Assembly (NCBI GenBank): GCA_040954595.2
Contig: CM082582.2
Coordinates: 1,720,303 to 1,784,302 of the forward strand
DNA from: Balanoglossus misakiensis
Lineage: Eukaryota > Animalia > Hemichordata
DNA length: 64,000 nt
Reading direction: 5' to 3'
Shown: positions 40,201 to 55,400 of the stretch, in pieces
Position numbering within the stretch: the stretch's first letter is position 1
How the letters are laid out: each line of letters opens with the position of its first letter
The notes under the pieces: generated by a model
Databases searched by the model: none
Told to the model about the DNA's origin: nothing
Seen by the model: the letters and a program-made list of their open reading frames with translations, nothing else
Translations under genes and position numbers: made by a program

Positions 40201-40489
40201 AAAAAAAAAAAGAAAAAAAAAGAGAAAAGAAAGAAGAGGAAAAAGAAAAAAAGAAAGAGAGAGAGAGAAGAAGAAGAGTACCGGTGGGACCTACAGAAAA
40301 AAAAAGATTGAAAGAATTAAAAACATGAAATCAATAAAATCAATGATAATGATAGGATTAATGTGGCAAGCTCGCCCAAACCAACATACTGCGGTGCAAT
40401 TAAGGTGCAACCAACATTGGCTAGGTCAAAGCAGTTCCTATGGATACCAGAGAGTGCCAATGCTGTATCTGCTATGTAAATAGGAAAGC

Positions 40490-43400
40490 TGATCAAAGGT
40501 CACCAAGAGCTCGCCCAAAATTGTCAACAATTTTTTCTTCCAAAATAATCAGCATAAAATGAAAAACAAGACTTCTGGCTCTATTGGTTAACCTGGTAAT
40601 TAGGTGTTCCAGCCCTCAAAATTTGAAGGTTATCATTGGTCAAGAAATTCAGATTAAGTCCAATAGTAGAGCATGTTAATAAAAAATTCAACCTGTAACA
40701 ATATAGGTAAGCTCAGCATTAGTTATTCACATATTTAATAAGCTCAACATTGGTCCAGTGGATTCCAAATGTAACAAAAAAGCTAAGTCCCACACTTGTC
40801 CATATACATCAAAAACCAAACCTCTAGTGCTATTAGTCTAGGCGCCATAAGATATTCAGAAAAGAATACAGGTGCCAAACTTAGGACAAAGTTGAATGCC
40901 AATGTTATCAAAAAATTTGGGTTATGTCCTGGCAGCAGTACTATTTGTGTGAAAAAAATCATCACCATTGTGCTTTTCAACAAGAGGCGTATCCACGAAT
41001 AATTAATGAGTAGGCCAGAAATAGGAAATCTTAGTTTTAAATCGTTGTTCAGAAAATCCAATTTGACTCCAATAAGGTTTAACCAATCACAATTCACTTG
41101 AAAACTTGATTAGAAAAAGATTTTTGAAGTTTTTTAATGAGATTTTTAAAAAATCCATAAGGCACCAAAAGTCACATGACCACTAATGATATTTTTGTCA
41201 AACTTTCAATCGCACAGTAAATTAGAACTTGATTGGCCCTGTAGATTATGAAAATTTCAACTTTTAAAGCTTATTAGAAAAGCCAATATGGCCGCCATGA
41301 AGAAGACAATTAAAACTAAAAGTAGCATTGGAGTGGCCAAAGCGGTTAGCATGGTTCCAACAGAAAGCAAAGGCTGTATCTGTTGTGGATGCCTAGAAAT
41401 GGTAAAGTAAGCTAGAGGTGATGCAAAATGTGCCAACAAAATTTGATACCAAACTGACCAGTGTCCAACAAAAAGCAGACTTCTACGCTTTATTGGTTAA
41501 CTTTAAATAGCTTATATACATAATTATTGTGTTAAGGTTAATACATGTACTTCATTAGGTGTTCCGGTCCTCTAAATTTAACAGGTGTATATGCTGTGCA
41601 TACCAAGTTTTGGAAATGTAGATCAAGGGTCATTGCCAAAATTATCAAAATATTTGGGTTATGTCCTGGCAGCAATAAAACTCATGTGAACAAAATCATG
41701 ACTGTTGTGCTTTTTAAAAAGAGACATACCCAAGTAGATCAAGGGTCATTGCCAAAATTATCAAAATATTTGGGTTATGCCCTGGCAGCAGTAGTACTTG
41801 TGTGAACAAATCATGACTGTTGTGCTTTTAACAAGAGACATATCCAAGTAGATCAAGGGTCATTGCCAAAATTATCAAAATATTTGGGTTAAGTCCTGGC
41901 AGCAATAAAACTCATGTGAACACAATCATGACTGTTATGCTTTTTAACAAGAGCCATATCCACATAAAATTAAGTTCTGGAATTACTGGGTCAAAGGACA
42001 TGCGAGAGTTGCCAACAAATTGTTGGCAAAAATTAATTTGTTTGTTTTCAATGAGTAGGCTAGAAATAGGAAATCTTAGTTTTTAATCAGTGTTCAGAGA
42101 AATCCAATTTGGCTCCAATAAGGTGACACCAATCACATTTCACTTGAAAACTTGATTAGAAAACGTCTGTTTGAATTTTTTATGAGTTTTTTTCAAAATT
42201 CCAATAAGGCATTCAAAGTCACATGGCTGCTAACGATATTATTGTCAAACTTTTAACTGCACAGTATGGATCAAAGAACATGTGAAAGTTGCCAAAATAT
42301 GTAACGTATTCTAATCATATGGTGACTCGTATCCATATAAGGAAATTGTGTGCTTTCAATGAGTAGGCTAGAAATAGGGAATTTTAGTTTTTAATCGGGG
42401 TTCAGAAAATCCAATTTAGCTCTGATAAGGTTACACCAATCACAATTCACTTGAAAACTTGATTAGAAAAATATTTTTTGTAATTTTTTAATGAGATTTT
42501 TAAAAAATCTAATAAGGCACCCAAAGTCACATGACCACTAATGATATTTTTGTCAAACTTTCAACCCTACAGTAAACTACAATTTGATTGGCCCTGTAGT
42601 TTATGAAAATGTCAACTTTTAAAAGTTATTAGAAAATCCAATATGGCCGCCATGAAGAAGACAATTAGAGCTACAAGCAGCATTGGAGTGGCCAAAGTGG
42701 TTAGCATGGTTCCAACAGAAAGTGAAGGCTGTATCTGTTGTGGATGCCTAGAAATGGTAAAGTACGCCAGAGGTGATGCAAAATGTGCCAACAAAATTTG
42801 ATACCAAACTGATCAGTGTCCAACAACAAGCAGACTTCTACGCTTTATTGGTTAACTTTAAATAGCTTATATACATAATTATTGTGTTAAGGTTAATACA
42901 TGTATTTCATTAGGTGTTCCGGTCCTCTAAATTTAAAAGCTGTATCTGCTGTGCATACCAAGTTTTGGAAATGTAGATCAAGGGTCATTGCCAAAATTAT
43001 CAAAATATTTGGGTTATGTCCTGGCAGCAATAAAACTCATGTGAACAAAATCATGACTGCTGTGCTTTTTAACAAGAGACATACCCAAGTAGATCAAGGG
43101 TCATTGCCAAAATTATCAAAATATTTGGGTTATGCCCTGGCAGCAGTAGTACTTGTGTGAACAAATCATGACTGTTGTGCTTTTAACAAGAGACATATCC
43201 AAGTAGATCAAGAGTCATTGCCAAAATTATCAAAATATTTGGGTTAAGTCCTGGCAGCAATAAAACTCATTTAAACACAATCATGACTGTTGTGCTTTTT
43301 AACAAGAGACGTATCCAAGTAGATCAAGGGTCATTGCCAAAATTATCAAAATATTTTGGTTATGTCCTGGCAGCAATAAAACTCATGTGAACACAATCAT

Positions 43401-46400
43401 GACTGTTGTGCTTTTTGTCAAGAGACATATCCAAGTAGATCAAGGGTCATGGCCAAAATTATAAAAATATTTGGGTTATGTCCTGGCAGCAATAAAACTT
43501 GTGTGAACACAATCATGACTGTTGTGCTTTTTAACAAGAGACATATCCATGTAGATCAAGGGTCATTGCCAAAATTATCAAAATATTTGGGTTATGTCTT
43601 GGCAGCAATAGTAGTCACGTAAACAAAATCATGACTGTTGTGCTTTTTAACAAGAGACATATCCAAGTAGATCAAGGGTCATTGCCAAAATTATCAAAAT
43701 ATTTGGGTTATGTCCTGACAGCAATAAAACTCGTGTGAACACAATCATGACTGTTGTGCTCTTTAACAAGAGACATATCAAAGAAGATCAAGGGTCATTG
43801 CCATAATTATCAAAATATTTGGTATATGTCCTGGCAGCAATAAAACGCATGTGAGCACAATCATGACTGTTGTGCTTTTTAACAAGAGACATATCCAAGT
43901 AGATCAAGAGTCATTGCCAAAATTATCAAAATATTTGGTGTATGTCCTGGCAGCAATAAAACTCATGTTAACAAAATCATGACTGTTGTGCTTTTTAACA
44001 AGAGACATATCCAAGTAGATCAAGGGTCATGGCCAAAATTATAAAAATATTTGGGTTATGTCCTGGCAGCAATAAAACTCGTGTGAACACAATCATGACT
44101 GTTGTGCTTTTTATCAAGAGACATATCCAAGTAGATCAAGGGTCATTGCCAAGATTATCAAAATATTTGGGTTAAGTCCTGGCAGCAATAGTAGTCACGT
44201 AAACAAAATCATGACTGTTGTGCTTTTTAACAAGAGACATATCCAAGTAGATCAAGGGTCATTGCCAAAATTATTAAAATATTTGGGTTATGTCATGTCA
44301 GCAATAAAACTCATGTAGATCAAGAGTCATTGCCAAAATTATCAAAATATTTGGTATATGTCCTGGCAGCAATAAAATTCATGTTAACAAAATCATGACT
44401 GATGTGCTTTTTAACAAGAGACATATCCAAGTAGATCAAGGGTCATTGCCAAAATTATCAAAATATTTGGGTTATGTCCTGGCAGCAATAAAACTCGTGT
44501 GAACACAATCATGACTGTTGTGCTTTTTAACAAGAGACATATCCAAGAAGATCAAGGGTCATTACCAAAATTATCAAAATATTTGGGTTATGTCCTGGCA
44601 GCAATAAAACTCATGTGAACACAATCATGACTGTTGTGCTTTTTATCAAGAGACATATCCAAGTAGATCAAGGGTCATTGCCAAAATTATCAAAATATTT
44701 GGGTTATGTCCTGGCAGCAATAAAACTCATGTGAACACAATCATGACTGTTGTGCTTTTTAACAAGAGACATATCCAAGTAGATCAAGGGTCATTGCCAA
44801 AATTATCAAAATATTTGTGTTATGTCCTGGCAGCAATAAAACTCATGTGAACAAAATAATGACTGTTGTGCTTTTTAACAAGAGACATATCCAAGTAGTT
44901 CAAGGGTCATTGCCAAAATTATCAAAATATTTGGGTTATGTCATGGCAGCAATAAAACTCATGTGAACAAAATAATGACTGTTGGGCTTTTTATCAAGAG
45001 ACATATCCAAGTAGTTCAAGGGTCATTGCCATAATTATCAAAATATTTAGGTTATGACCTGGCAGCAATAAAACTCATGTTAACAAAATCATGACTGATG
45101 TGCTTTTTAACAAGAGACATATCCAAGTAGATCAAGGGTCATTGCCAAAATTATCAAAATATTTGGGTTATGTCCTGACAGCAATAAAACTCGTGTGAAC
45201 ACAATCATGACTGTTGTGCTCTTTAACAAGAGACATATCCAAGAAGATCAAGGGTCATTGCCATAATTATCAAAATATTTGGGTTATGTCCTGGCAGCAA
45301 TAAAACTCATGTGAACAAAATAATGACTGTTGTGCTTTTTAACAAGAGACATATCCAAGTAGATCAAGAGTCATTGCCAAAATTATCAAAATATTTGGGT
45401 TATGTCATGGCAGCAATAAAACTCATGTGAACAAAATAATGACTGTTGGGCTTTTTATCAAGAGACATATCCAAGTAGTTCAAGGGTCATTGCCATAATT
45501 ATCAAAATATTTAGGTTATGTCCTGGCAGCAATAAAACTCATGTGAACAAAATAATGACTGTTGTGCTTTTTAACAAGAGACATATCCAAGTAGATCAAG
45601 AGTCATTGCCAAAATTATCAAAATATATGGTATATGTCCTGGCAGCAATAAAATTCATGTTAACAAAATCATGACTGATGTGCTTTTTAACAAGAGACAT
45701 ATCCAAGTAGATCAAGGGTCATTGCCAAAATTATCAAAATATTTGGGTTATGTCCTGGCAGCAATAAAACTTGTGTGAACACAATCATGACTGTTGTGCT
45801 TTTTATCAAGAGACATATCCAAGTAGTTCAAGGGTCATTGCCATAATTATCAAAATATTTGGGTTATGTCCTGGCAGCAATAGTAGTCACGTAAACAAAA
45901 TCATGACTGTTGTGCTTTTTAACAAGAGACATATCCAAGTAGATCAAGGGTCATTGCCAAAATTATCAAAATATTTTGGTTATGTCCTGGCAGCAATAAA
46001 ACTCATGTGAACACAATAATGACTGTTGTGCTTTTTAACAAGAGACATATCCAAGTAGATCAAGGGTCATTGCCAAAATTATCAAAATATTTGTGTTATG
46101 TCCTGGCAGCAATAAAACTCATGTGAACAAAATAATGACTGTTGTGCTTTTTAACAAGAGACATATCCAAGTAGTTCAAGGGTCATTGCCAAAATTATCA
46201 AAATATTTGGGTTATGTCATGGCAGCAATAAAACTCATGTGAACAAAATAATGACTGTTGGGCTTTTTATCAAGAGACATATCCAAGTAGTTCAAGGGTC
46301 ATTGCCATAATTATCAAAATATTTAGGTTATGTCCTGGCAGCAATAAAACTCATGTGAACAAAATAATGACTGTTGTGCTTTTTAACAAGAGACATATCC

Positions 46401-49400
46401 AAGTAGATCAAGAGTCATTGCCAAAATTATCAAAATATTTGGTGTATGTCCTGGCAGCAATAGTAGTCACGTAAACAAAATCATGACTGTTGTGCTTTTT
46501 AACAAGAGACATATCCAAGTAGATCAAGGGTCATTGCCAAAATTATTAAAATATTTGGGTTATGTCATGTCAGCAATAAAACTCATGTAGATCAAGAGTC
46601 ATTGCCAAAATTATCAAAATATTTGGTATATGTCCTGGCAGCAATAAAATTCATGTTAACAAAATCTTGACTGATGTGCTTTTTAACAAGAGACATATCC
46701 AAGTAGATCAAGGGTCATTGCCAAAATTATCAAAATATTTGGGTTATGTCCTGGCAGCAATAAAACTCGTGTGAACACAATCATGACTGTTGTGGTTTTT
46801 AACAAGAGACATATCCAAGAAGATCAAGGGTCATTACCAAAATTATCAAAATATTTGGGTTATGTCCTGGCAGCAATAAAACTCATGTGAACACAATCAT
46901 GACTGTTGTGCTTTTTATCAAGAGACATATCCAAGTAGATCAAGGGTCATTGCCAAAATTATCAAAATATTTGGGTTATGTCATGGCAGCAATAAAACTC
47001 ATGTGAACAAAATAATGACTGTTGGGCTTTTTATCAAGAGACATATCCAAGTAGTTCAAGGGTCATTGCCATAATTATCAAAATATTTAGGTTATGTCCT
47101 GGCAGCAATAAAACTCATGTTAACAAAATCATGACTGATGTGCTTTTTAACAAGAGACATATCCAAGTAGATCAAGGGTCATTGCCAAAATGATCAAAAT
47201 ATTTGGGTTATGTCCTGACAGCAATAAAACTCGTGTGAACACAATCATGACTGTTGTGCTCTTTAACAAGAGACATATCCAAGAAGATCAAGGGTCATTG
47301 CCATAATTATCAAAATATTTGGGTTATGTCCTGGCAGCAATAAAACTCATGTGAACAAAATAATGACTGTTGTGCTTTTTAACAAGAGACATATCCAAGT
47401 AGATCAAGAGTCATTGCCAAAATTATCAAAATATTTGGGTTATGTCATGGCAGCAATAAAACTCATGTGAACAAAATAATGACTGTTGGGCTTTTTATCA
47501 AGAGACATATCCAAGTAGTTCAAGGGTCATTGCCATAATTATCAAAATATTTAGGTTATGTCCTGGCAGCAATAAAACTCATGTGAACAAAATAATGACT
47601 GTTGTGCTTTTTAACAAGAGACATATCCAAGTAGATCAAGAGTCATTGCCAAAATTATCAAAATATATGGTATATGTCCTGGCAGCAATAAAATTCATGT
47701 TAACAAAATCATGACTGATGTGCTTTTTAACAAGAGACATATCCAAGTAGATCAAGGGTCATTGCCAAAATTATCAAAATATTTGGGTTATGTCCTGGCA
47801 GCAATAAAACTCGTGTGAACACAATCATGACTGTTGTGCTTTTTAACAAGAGACATATCCAAGAAGATCAAGGGTCATTACCAAAATTATCAAATATTTG
47901 GGTTATGTCCTGGCAGCAATAAAACTCATGTGAACACAATCATGACTGTTGTGCTTTTTATCAAGAGACATATCCAAGTAGGTCAAGGGTCATTGCCAAA
48001 ATTATCAAAATATTTGGGTTATGTCCTGGCAGCAATAAAACTTGTGTGAACACAATCATGACTGTTGTGCTTTTTAACAAGAGACATATCCAAGTAGATC
48101 AAGGGTCATTGCCAAAATTATCAAAATATTTGGGTTATGTCCTGGCAGCAATAGTAGTCACGTAAACAAAATCATGACTGTTGTGCTTTTTAACAAGAGA
48201 CATATCCAAGTAGATCAAGGGTCATTGCCAAAATTATCAAAATATTTTGGTTATGTCCTGGCAGCAATAAAACTCATGTGAACACAATAATGACTGTTGT
48301 GCTTTTTAACAAGAGACATATCCAAGTAGATCAAGGGTCATTGCCAAAATTATCAAAATATTTGTGTTATGTCCTGGCAGCAATAAAACTCATGTGAACA
48401 AAATAATGACTGTTGTGCTTTTTAACAAGAGACATATCCAAGTAGTTCAAGGGTCATTGCCAAAATTATCAAAATATTTGGGTTATGTCATGGCAGCAAT
48501 AAAACTCATGTGAACAAAATAATGAATGTTGGGCTTTTTATCAAGAGACATATCCAAGTAGTTCAAGGGTCATTGCCATAATTATCAAAATATTTAGGTT
48601 ATGTCCTGGCAGCAATAAAACTCATGTGAACAAAATAATGAATGTTGGGCTTTTTATCAAGAGACATATCCAAGTAGTTCAAGGGTCATTGCCATAATTA
48701 TCAAAATATTTAGGTTATGTCCTGGCAGCAATAAAACTTGTGTGAACACAATCATGACTGTTGTGCTTTTTAACAAGAGACATATCCAAGTAGATCAAGG
48801 GTCATTGCCAAAATTATCAAAATATTTTGGTTATGTCCTGGCAGCAATAAAACTCATGTGAACACAATAATGACTGTTGTGCTTTTTAACAAGAGACATA
48901 TCCAAGTAGATCAAGGGTCATTGCCAAAATTATCAAAATATTTGTGTTATGTCCTGGCAGCAATAAAACTCATGTGAACAAAATAATGACTGTTGTGCTT
49001 TTTAACAAGAGACATATCCAAGTAGTTCAAGGGTCATTGCCAAAATTATCAAAATATTTGGGTTATGTCATGGCAGCAATAAAACTCATGTGAACAAAAT
49101 AATGAATGTTGGGCTTTTTATCAAGAGACATATCCAAGTAGTTCAAGGGTCATTGCCATAATTATCAAAATATTTAGGTTATGTCCTGGCAGCAATAAAA
49201 CTCATGTGAACAAAATAATGACTGATGTGCTTTTTAACAAGAGACATATCCAAGTAGATCAAGGGTCATTGCCAAAATTATCAAAATATTTGGGTTATGT
49301 CCTGACAGCAATAAAACTCGTGTGAACACAATCATGACTGTTGTGCTCTTTAACAAGAGACATATCCAAGAAGATCAAGGGTCATTGCCATAATTATCAA

Positions 49401-52400
49401 AATATTTGGGTTATTTGGGTTATGTCCTGGCAGCAATAAAACTCATGTGAACAAAATAATGACTTTTGTGCTTTTTAACAAGAGACATATCCAAGTAGAT
49501 CAAGAGTCATTGCCAAAATTATCAAAATATTTGGTATATGTCCTGGCAGCAATAAAACTCATGTGAGCACAATCATGACTGTTGTGCTTTTTAACAAGAG
49601 ACATATCCAAGTAGATCAAGAGTCATTGCCAAAATTATCAAAATATTTGGTATATGTCCTGGCAGCAATAAAATTCATGTAAACAAAATCATGACTGATG
49701 TGCTTTTTAACAAGAGACATATCCAAGAAGATCAAGGGTCATTACCAAAATTATCAAAATATTTGGGTTAAGTCCTGGCAGCAATAAAACTCATGTGAAC
49801 ACAATCATGACTGTTGTGCTTTTTATCAAGAGACATATCCAAGTAGATCAAGGGTCATTGCCAAAATTATCAAAATATTTGGATTAAGTCCTGGCAGCAA
49901 TAGTAGTCACGTAAACAAAATCATGACTGTTGTGCTTTTTAACAAGAGACATATCCAAGTAGATCAAGGGTCATGGCCAAAATTATAAAAATATTTGGGT
50001 TATGTCCTGGCAGCAATAAAACTCGTGTGAACACAATCATGACTGTTGTGCTTTTTATCAAGAGACATATCTAAGTAGATCAAGGGTCATTGCCAAAATT
50101 ATCAAAATATTTGGGTTAAGTCCTGGCAGCAATAGTAGTCACGTAAACAAAATCATGACTGTTGTGCTTTTTAACAAGAGACATATCCAAGTCGATCAAG
50201 GGTCATTGCCAAAATTATCAAAATATTTGGGTTATGTCCTGGCAGCAATAAAACTCGTGTGAACACAATCATGACTGTTGGGCTGTTTATCAAGAGACAT
50301 ATCCAAGTAGTTCAAGGGTCATTGCCATAATTATCAAAATATTTGTGTTATGTCCTGACAGCAATAGAATTCATGTGAACAAAATCATGTATGTTGTGCA
50401 TTTTAACAAGAGACATATCCAAGTAGATAAAGAGTCATTGCCAAAATTATCAAAATAGTTTGGTTATGTCCTGCCAGCAATAGTACTCATGTGAACAAAA
50501 TCCTGACTGTTGTGCTTTTTAACAAGAGACATATCAAAGTAGATCAAGAGTCATTGCCAAAATTATCAAAATATTTTGGTTATGTCCTGGAAGCAATAAC
50601 ACTCATGTGAACAAAATCCTGACTGTTGTGCTTTTTAACAAGAGACATATCCAAGTAGATCAAGAGTCATTGCCAAAATTATCAAAATATTTGGGTATGT
50701 CCTGGCAGCAATAAAACTCGTGTGAACACAATCATGACTGTTGTGCTTTTTAACAAGAGACATATCCAAGTAGATCAAGGGTCATTGCCAAAATTATCAA
50801 AATATTTGGGTTATGTCCTGGCAGTGATAAAACTCATGTGAACAAAATCAAGACTGTTGTGTATTTTAACAAGAGACATATCCAAGTAGATCAAGGGTCA
50901 TTGCCAAAATTATCAAAATATTTGGGTTATGTCCTGGCAGCAATAAAACTCGTGTGAACACAATCATGACTGTTGTGCTTTTTAACAAGAGACATATCCA
51001 AGTCGATCAAGGGTCATTGCCAAAATTATCAAAATATTTGGGTTATGTCCTGGCAGCAATATAACTCGTGTGAACACAATCATGACTGTTGGGCTGTTTA
51101 TCAAGAGACATATCCAAGTAGTTCAAGGGTCATTGCCATAATTATCAAAATATTTGGGTTATGTCCTGACAGCAATAGAATTCATGTGAACAAAATCATG
51201 ACTGTTGTGCTTTTTAACAAGAGACATATCCAAGTAGATCAAGGGTCATGGCCAAAATTATAAAAATATTTGGGTTATGTCCTGGCAGCCATAAAACTCG
51301 TGTGAACACAATCATGACTGTTGTGCTTTTTATCAAGAGACATATCTAAGTAGATCAAGGGTCATTGCCAAAATTATCAAAATATTTGGGTTAAGTCCTG
51401 GCAGCAATAGTAGTCACGTAAACAAAATCATGACTGTTGTGCTTTTTAACAAGAGACATATCCAAGTCGATCAAGGGTCATTGCCAAAATTATCAAAATA
51501 TTTGGGTTATGTCCTGGCAGCAATAAAACTCGTGTGAACACAATCATGACTGTTGTGCTTTTTAACAAGAGACATATCCAAGTAGATCAAGGGTCATTGC
51601 CAAAATTATCAAAATATTTGGGTTATGTCCTGGCAGCAATAAAACTCATGTGAACAAAATCATGACTGTTGTGCTTTTTAACAAGAGACATATCCAAGAA
51701 GATCAAGGGTCATTGCCAAAATTATCAAAATATTTGGGTTATGTCCTGGCAGCAATAAAACTCGTGTGAACACAATCATGACTGTTGTGCTTTTTAACAA
51801 GAGACATATCCAAGTAGATCAAGGGTCATTGCCAAAATTATCAAAATATTTGGGTTATGTCCTGGCAGTGATAAAACTCATGTGAACAAAATCAAGACTG
51901 TTGTGTATTTTAACAAGAGACATATCCAAGTAGATCAAGGGTCATTGCCAAAATTATCAAAATATTTGGGTTATGTCCTGGCAGCAATAAAACTCGTGTG
52001 AACACAATCATGACTGTTGTGCTTTTTAACAAGGGACATATCCAAGAAGATCAAGGGTCATTACCAAAATTATCAAAATCTTTGGGTTATGTCCTGGCAG
52101 CAATAAAACTCATGTGAACACAATCATGACTGTTGTGCTTTTTAACAAGAGACATATCCAAGTCGATCAAGGGTCATTGCCAAAATTATCAAAATATTTG
52201 GGTTATGTCCTGGCAGCAATGAAACTCGTGTGAACACAATCATGACTGTTGGGCTGTTTATCAAGAGACATATCCAAGTAGTTCAAGGGTCATTGCCATA
52301 ATTATCAAAATATTTGGGTTATGTCCTGACAGCAATAGAATTCATGTGAACAAAATCATGTATGTTGTGCATTTTAACAAGAGACATATCCAAGTAGATG

Positions 52401-55400
52401 AAGAGTCATTGCCAAAATTATCAAAATAGTTTGGTTATGTCCTGCCAGCAATAGTACTCATGTGAACAAAATCCTGACTGTTGTGCTTTTTAACAAGATA
52501 CATATCCAAGTAGATCAAGGGTCATTGCCAAAATTATCAATATATTTGGGTTATGTCCTGGCAGTGATAAAACTCATGTGAACAAAATCCTGACTGTTGT
52601 GCTTTTTATCAAGAGACATATCCAAGTAGATCAAGGGTCATTGCCAAAATTATCTAAATATTTGGGTTATGTCCTGGCAGTGATAAAACTCATGTGAACA
52701 AAATCAAGACTGTTGTGTATTTTAACAAGAGACATATCCAAGTAGATCAAGGGTCATGGCCAAAATTATAAAAATATTTGGGTTATGTCCTGGCAGCAAT
52801 AAAACTCGTGTGAACACAATCATGACTGTTGTGCTTTTTATCAAAAGACATATCTAAGTAGATCAAGGGTCATTGCCAAAATTATCAAAATATTTGGGTT
52901 AAGTCCTGGCAGCAATAGTAGTCACGTAAACAAAATCATGACTGTTGTGCTTTTTAACAAGAGACATATCCAAGTCGATCAAGGGTCATTGCCAAAATTA
53001 TCAAAATATTTGGGTTATGTCCTGGCAGCAATAAAACTCGTGTGAACACAATCATGACTGTTTGGCTGTTTATCAAGAGACATATCCAAGTCGATCAAGG
53101 GTCATTGCCATAATTATCAAAATATTTGGGTTATGTCCTGACAGCAATAGAATTCATGTGAACAAAATCATGTATGTTGTGCATTTTAACAAGAGACATA
53201 TCCAAGTAGATGAAGAGTCATTGCCAAAATTATCAAAATAGTTTGGTTATGTCCTGCCAGCAATAGTACTCATGTGAACAAAATCCTGACTGTTGTGCTT
53301 TTTAACAAGAGACATATCAAAGTAGATCAAGAGTCATTGCCAAAATTATCAAAATATTTTGGTTATGTCCTGGAAGCAATAAAACTCATGTGAACAAAAT
53401 CCTGACTGTTGTGCTTTTTAACAAGAGACATATCCAAGTAGATCAAGGGTCATTGCCAAAATTATCAAAATATTTGGGTTATGTCCTGACAGCAATAAAA
53501 CTCATGTGAACAAAATCATGACTGTTGTGCTTTTTAAGAAGAGACATATCCAAGAAGATCAAGGGTCATTGCCAAAATTATCAAAATATTTGGGTTATGT
53601 CCTGACAGCAATAGAATTCATGTGAACAAAATCATGTATGTTGTGCATTTTAACAAGAGACATATCCAAGTAGATGAAGAGTCATTGCCAAAATTATCAA
53701 AATAGTTTGGTTATGTCCTGCCAGCAATAGTACTCATGTGAACAAAATCCTGACTGTTGAGCTTTTTAACAAGATACATATCCAAGTAGATCAAGGGTCA
53801 TTGCCAAAATTATCAATATATTTGGGTTATGTCCTGGCAGTGATAAAACTCATGTGAACAAAATCCTGACTGTTGTGCTTTTTAACAAGAGACATATCCA
53901 AGTAGATCAAGGGTCATTGCCAAAATTATCAAAATATTTGGGTTATGTCCTGGCAGCAATAAAACTCGTGTGAACACAATCATGACTGTTGTGCTTTTTA
54001 ACAAGAGACATATCCAAGAAGATCAAGGGTCATTACCAAAATTATCAAAATATTTGGGTTATGTCCTGGCAGCAATAAAACTCATGTGAACACAATCATG
54101 ACTGTTGTGCTTTTTATCAAGAGACATATCCAAGTAGATCAAGGGTCATTGCCAAAATTATCAAAATATTTGGGTTAAGTCCTGGCAGCAATAGTAGTCA
54201 CGTAAACAAAATCATGACTGTTGTGCTTTTTAACAAGAGACATATCCAAGTAGCTCAAGGGTCATGGCCAAAATTATAAAAATATTTGGGTTATGTCCTG
54301 GCAGCAATAAAACTCGTGTGAACACAATCATGACTGTTGTGCTTTTTATCAAGAGACATATCTAAGTAGATCAAGGGTCATTGCCCAAATTATCAAAATA
54401 TTTGGGTTAAGTCCTGGCAGCAATAGTAGTCACGTAAACAAAATCATGACTGTTGTGCTTTTTAACAAGAGACATATCCAAGTCGATCAAGGGTCATTGC
54501 CAAAATTATCAAAATATTTGGGTTATGTCCTGGCAGCAATAAAACTCGAGTGAACACAATCATGACTGTTTGGCTGTTTATCAAGAGACATATCCAAGTC
54601 GATCAAGGGTCATTGCCATAATTATCAAAATATTTGGGTTATGTCCTGACAGCAATAGAATTCATGTGAACAAAATCATGTATGTTGTGCATTTTAACAA
54701 GAGACATATCCAAGTAGATGAAGAGTCATTGCCAAAATTATCAAAATAGTTTGGTTATGTCCTGCCAGCAATAGTACTCATGTGAACAAAATCCTGACTG
54801 TTGTGCTTTTTAACAAGAGACATATCAAAGTAGATCAAGAGTCATTGCCAAAATTATCAAAATATTTTGGTTATGTCCTGGAAGCAATAAAACTCATGTG
54901 AACAAAATCCTGACTGTTGTGCTTTTTAACAAGAGACATATCCAAGTAGATCAAGGGTCATTGCCAAAATTATCAAAATATTTGGGTTATGTCCTGACAG
55001 CAATAAAACTCATGTGAACAAAATCATGACTGTTGTGCTTTTTAAGAAGAGACATATCCAAGAAGATCAAGGGTCATTGCCAAAATTATCAAAATATTTG
55101 GGTTATGTCCTGGCAGCAATAAAACTCGTGTGAACACAATCATGACTGTTGTGCTTTTTAACAAGAGACATATCCAAGTAGATCAAGGGTCATTGCCAAA
55201 ATTATCAAAATATTTGGGTTATGTCCTGGCAGCGATAAAACTCATGTGAACAAAATCAAGACTGTTGTGTATTTTAACAAGAGACATATCCAAGTAGATC
55301 AAGGGTCATTGCCAAAATTATCAATATATTTGGGTTATGTCCTGGCAGTGATAAAACTCATGTGAACAAAATCCTGACTGTTGTGCTTTTTAACAAGAGA

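Noticed and set aside
40073-40483. 136-aa Lys/Arg-rich ORF
   Set aside because: It is built from a minisatellite and an A/G low-complexity tract.
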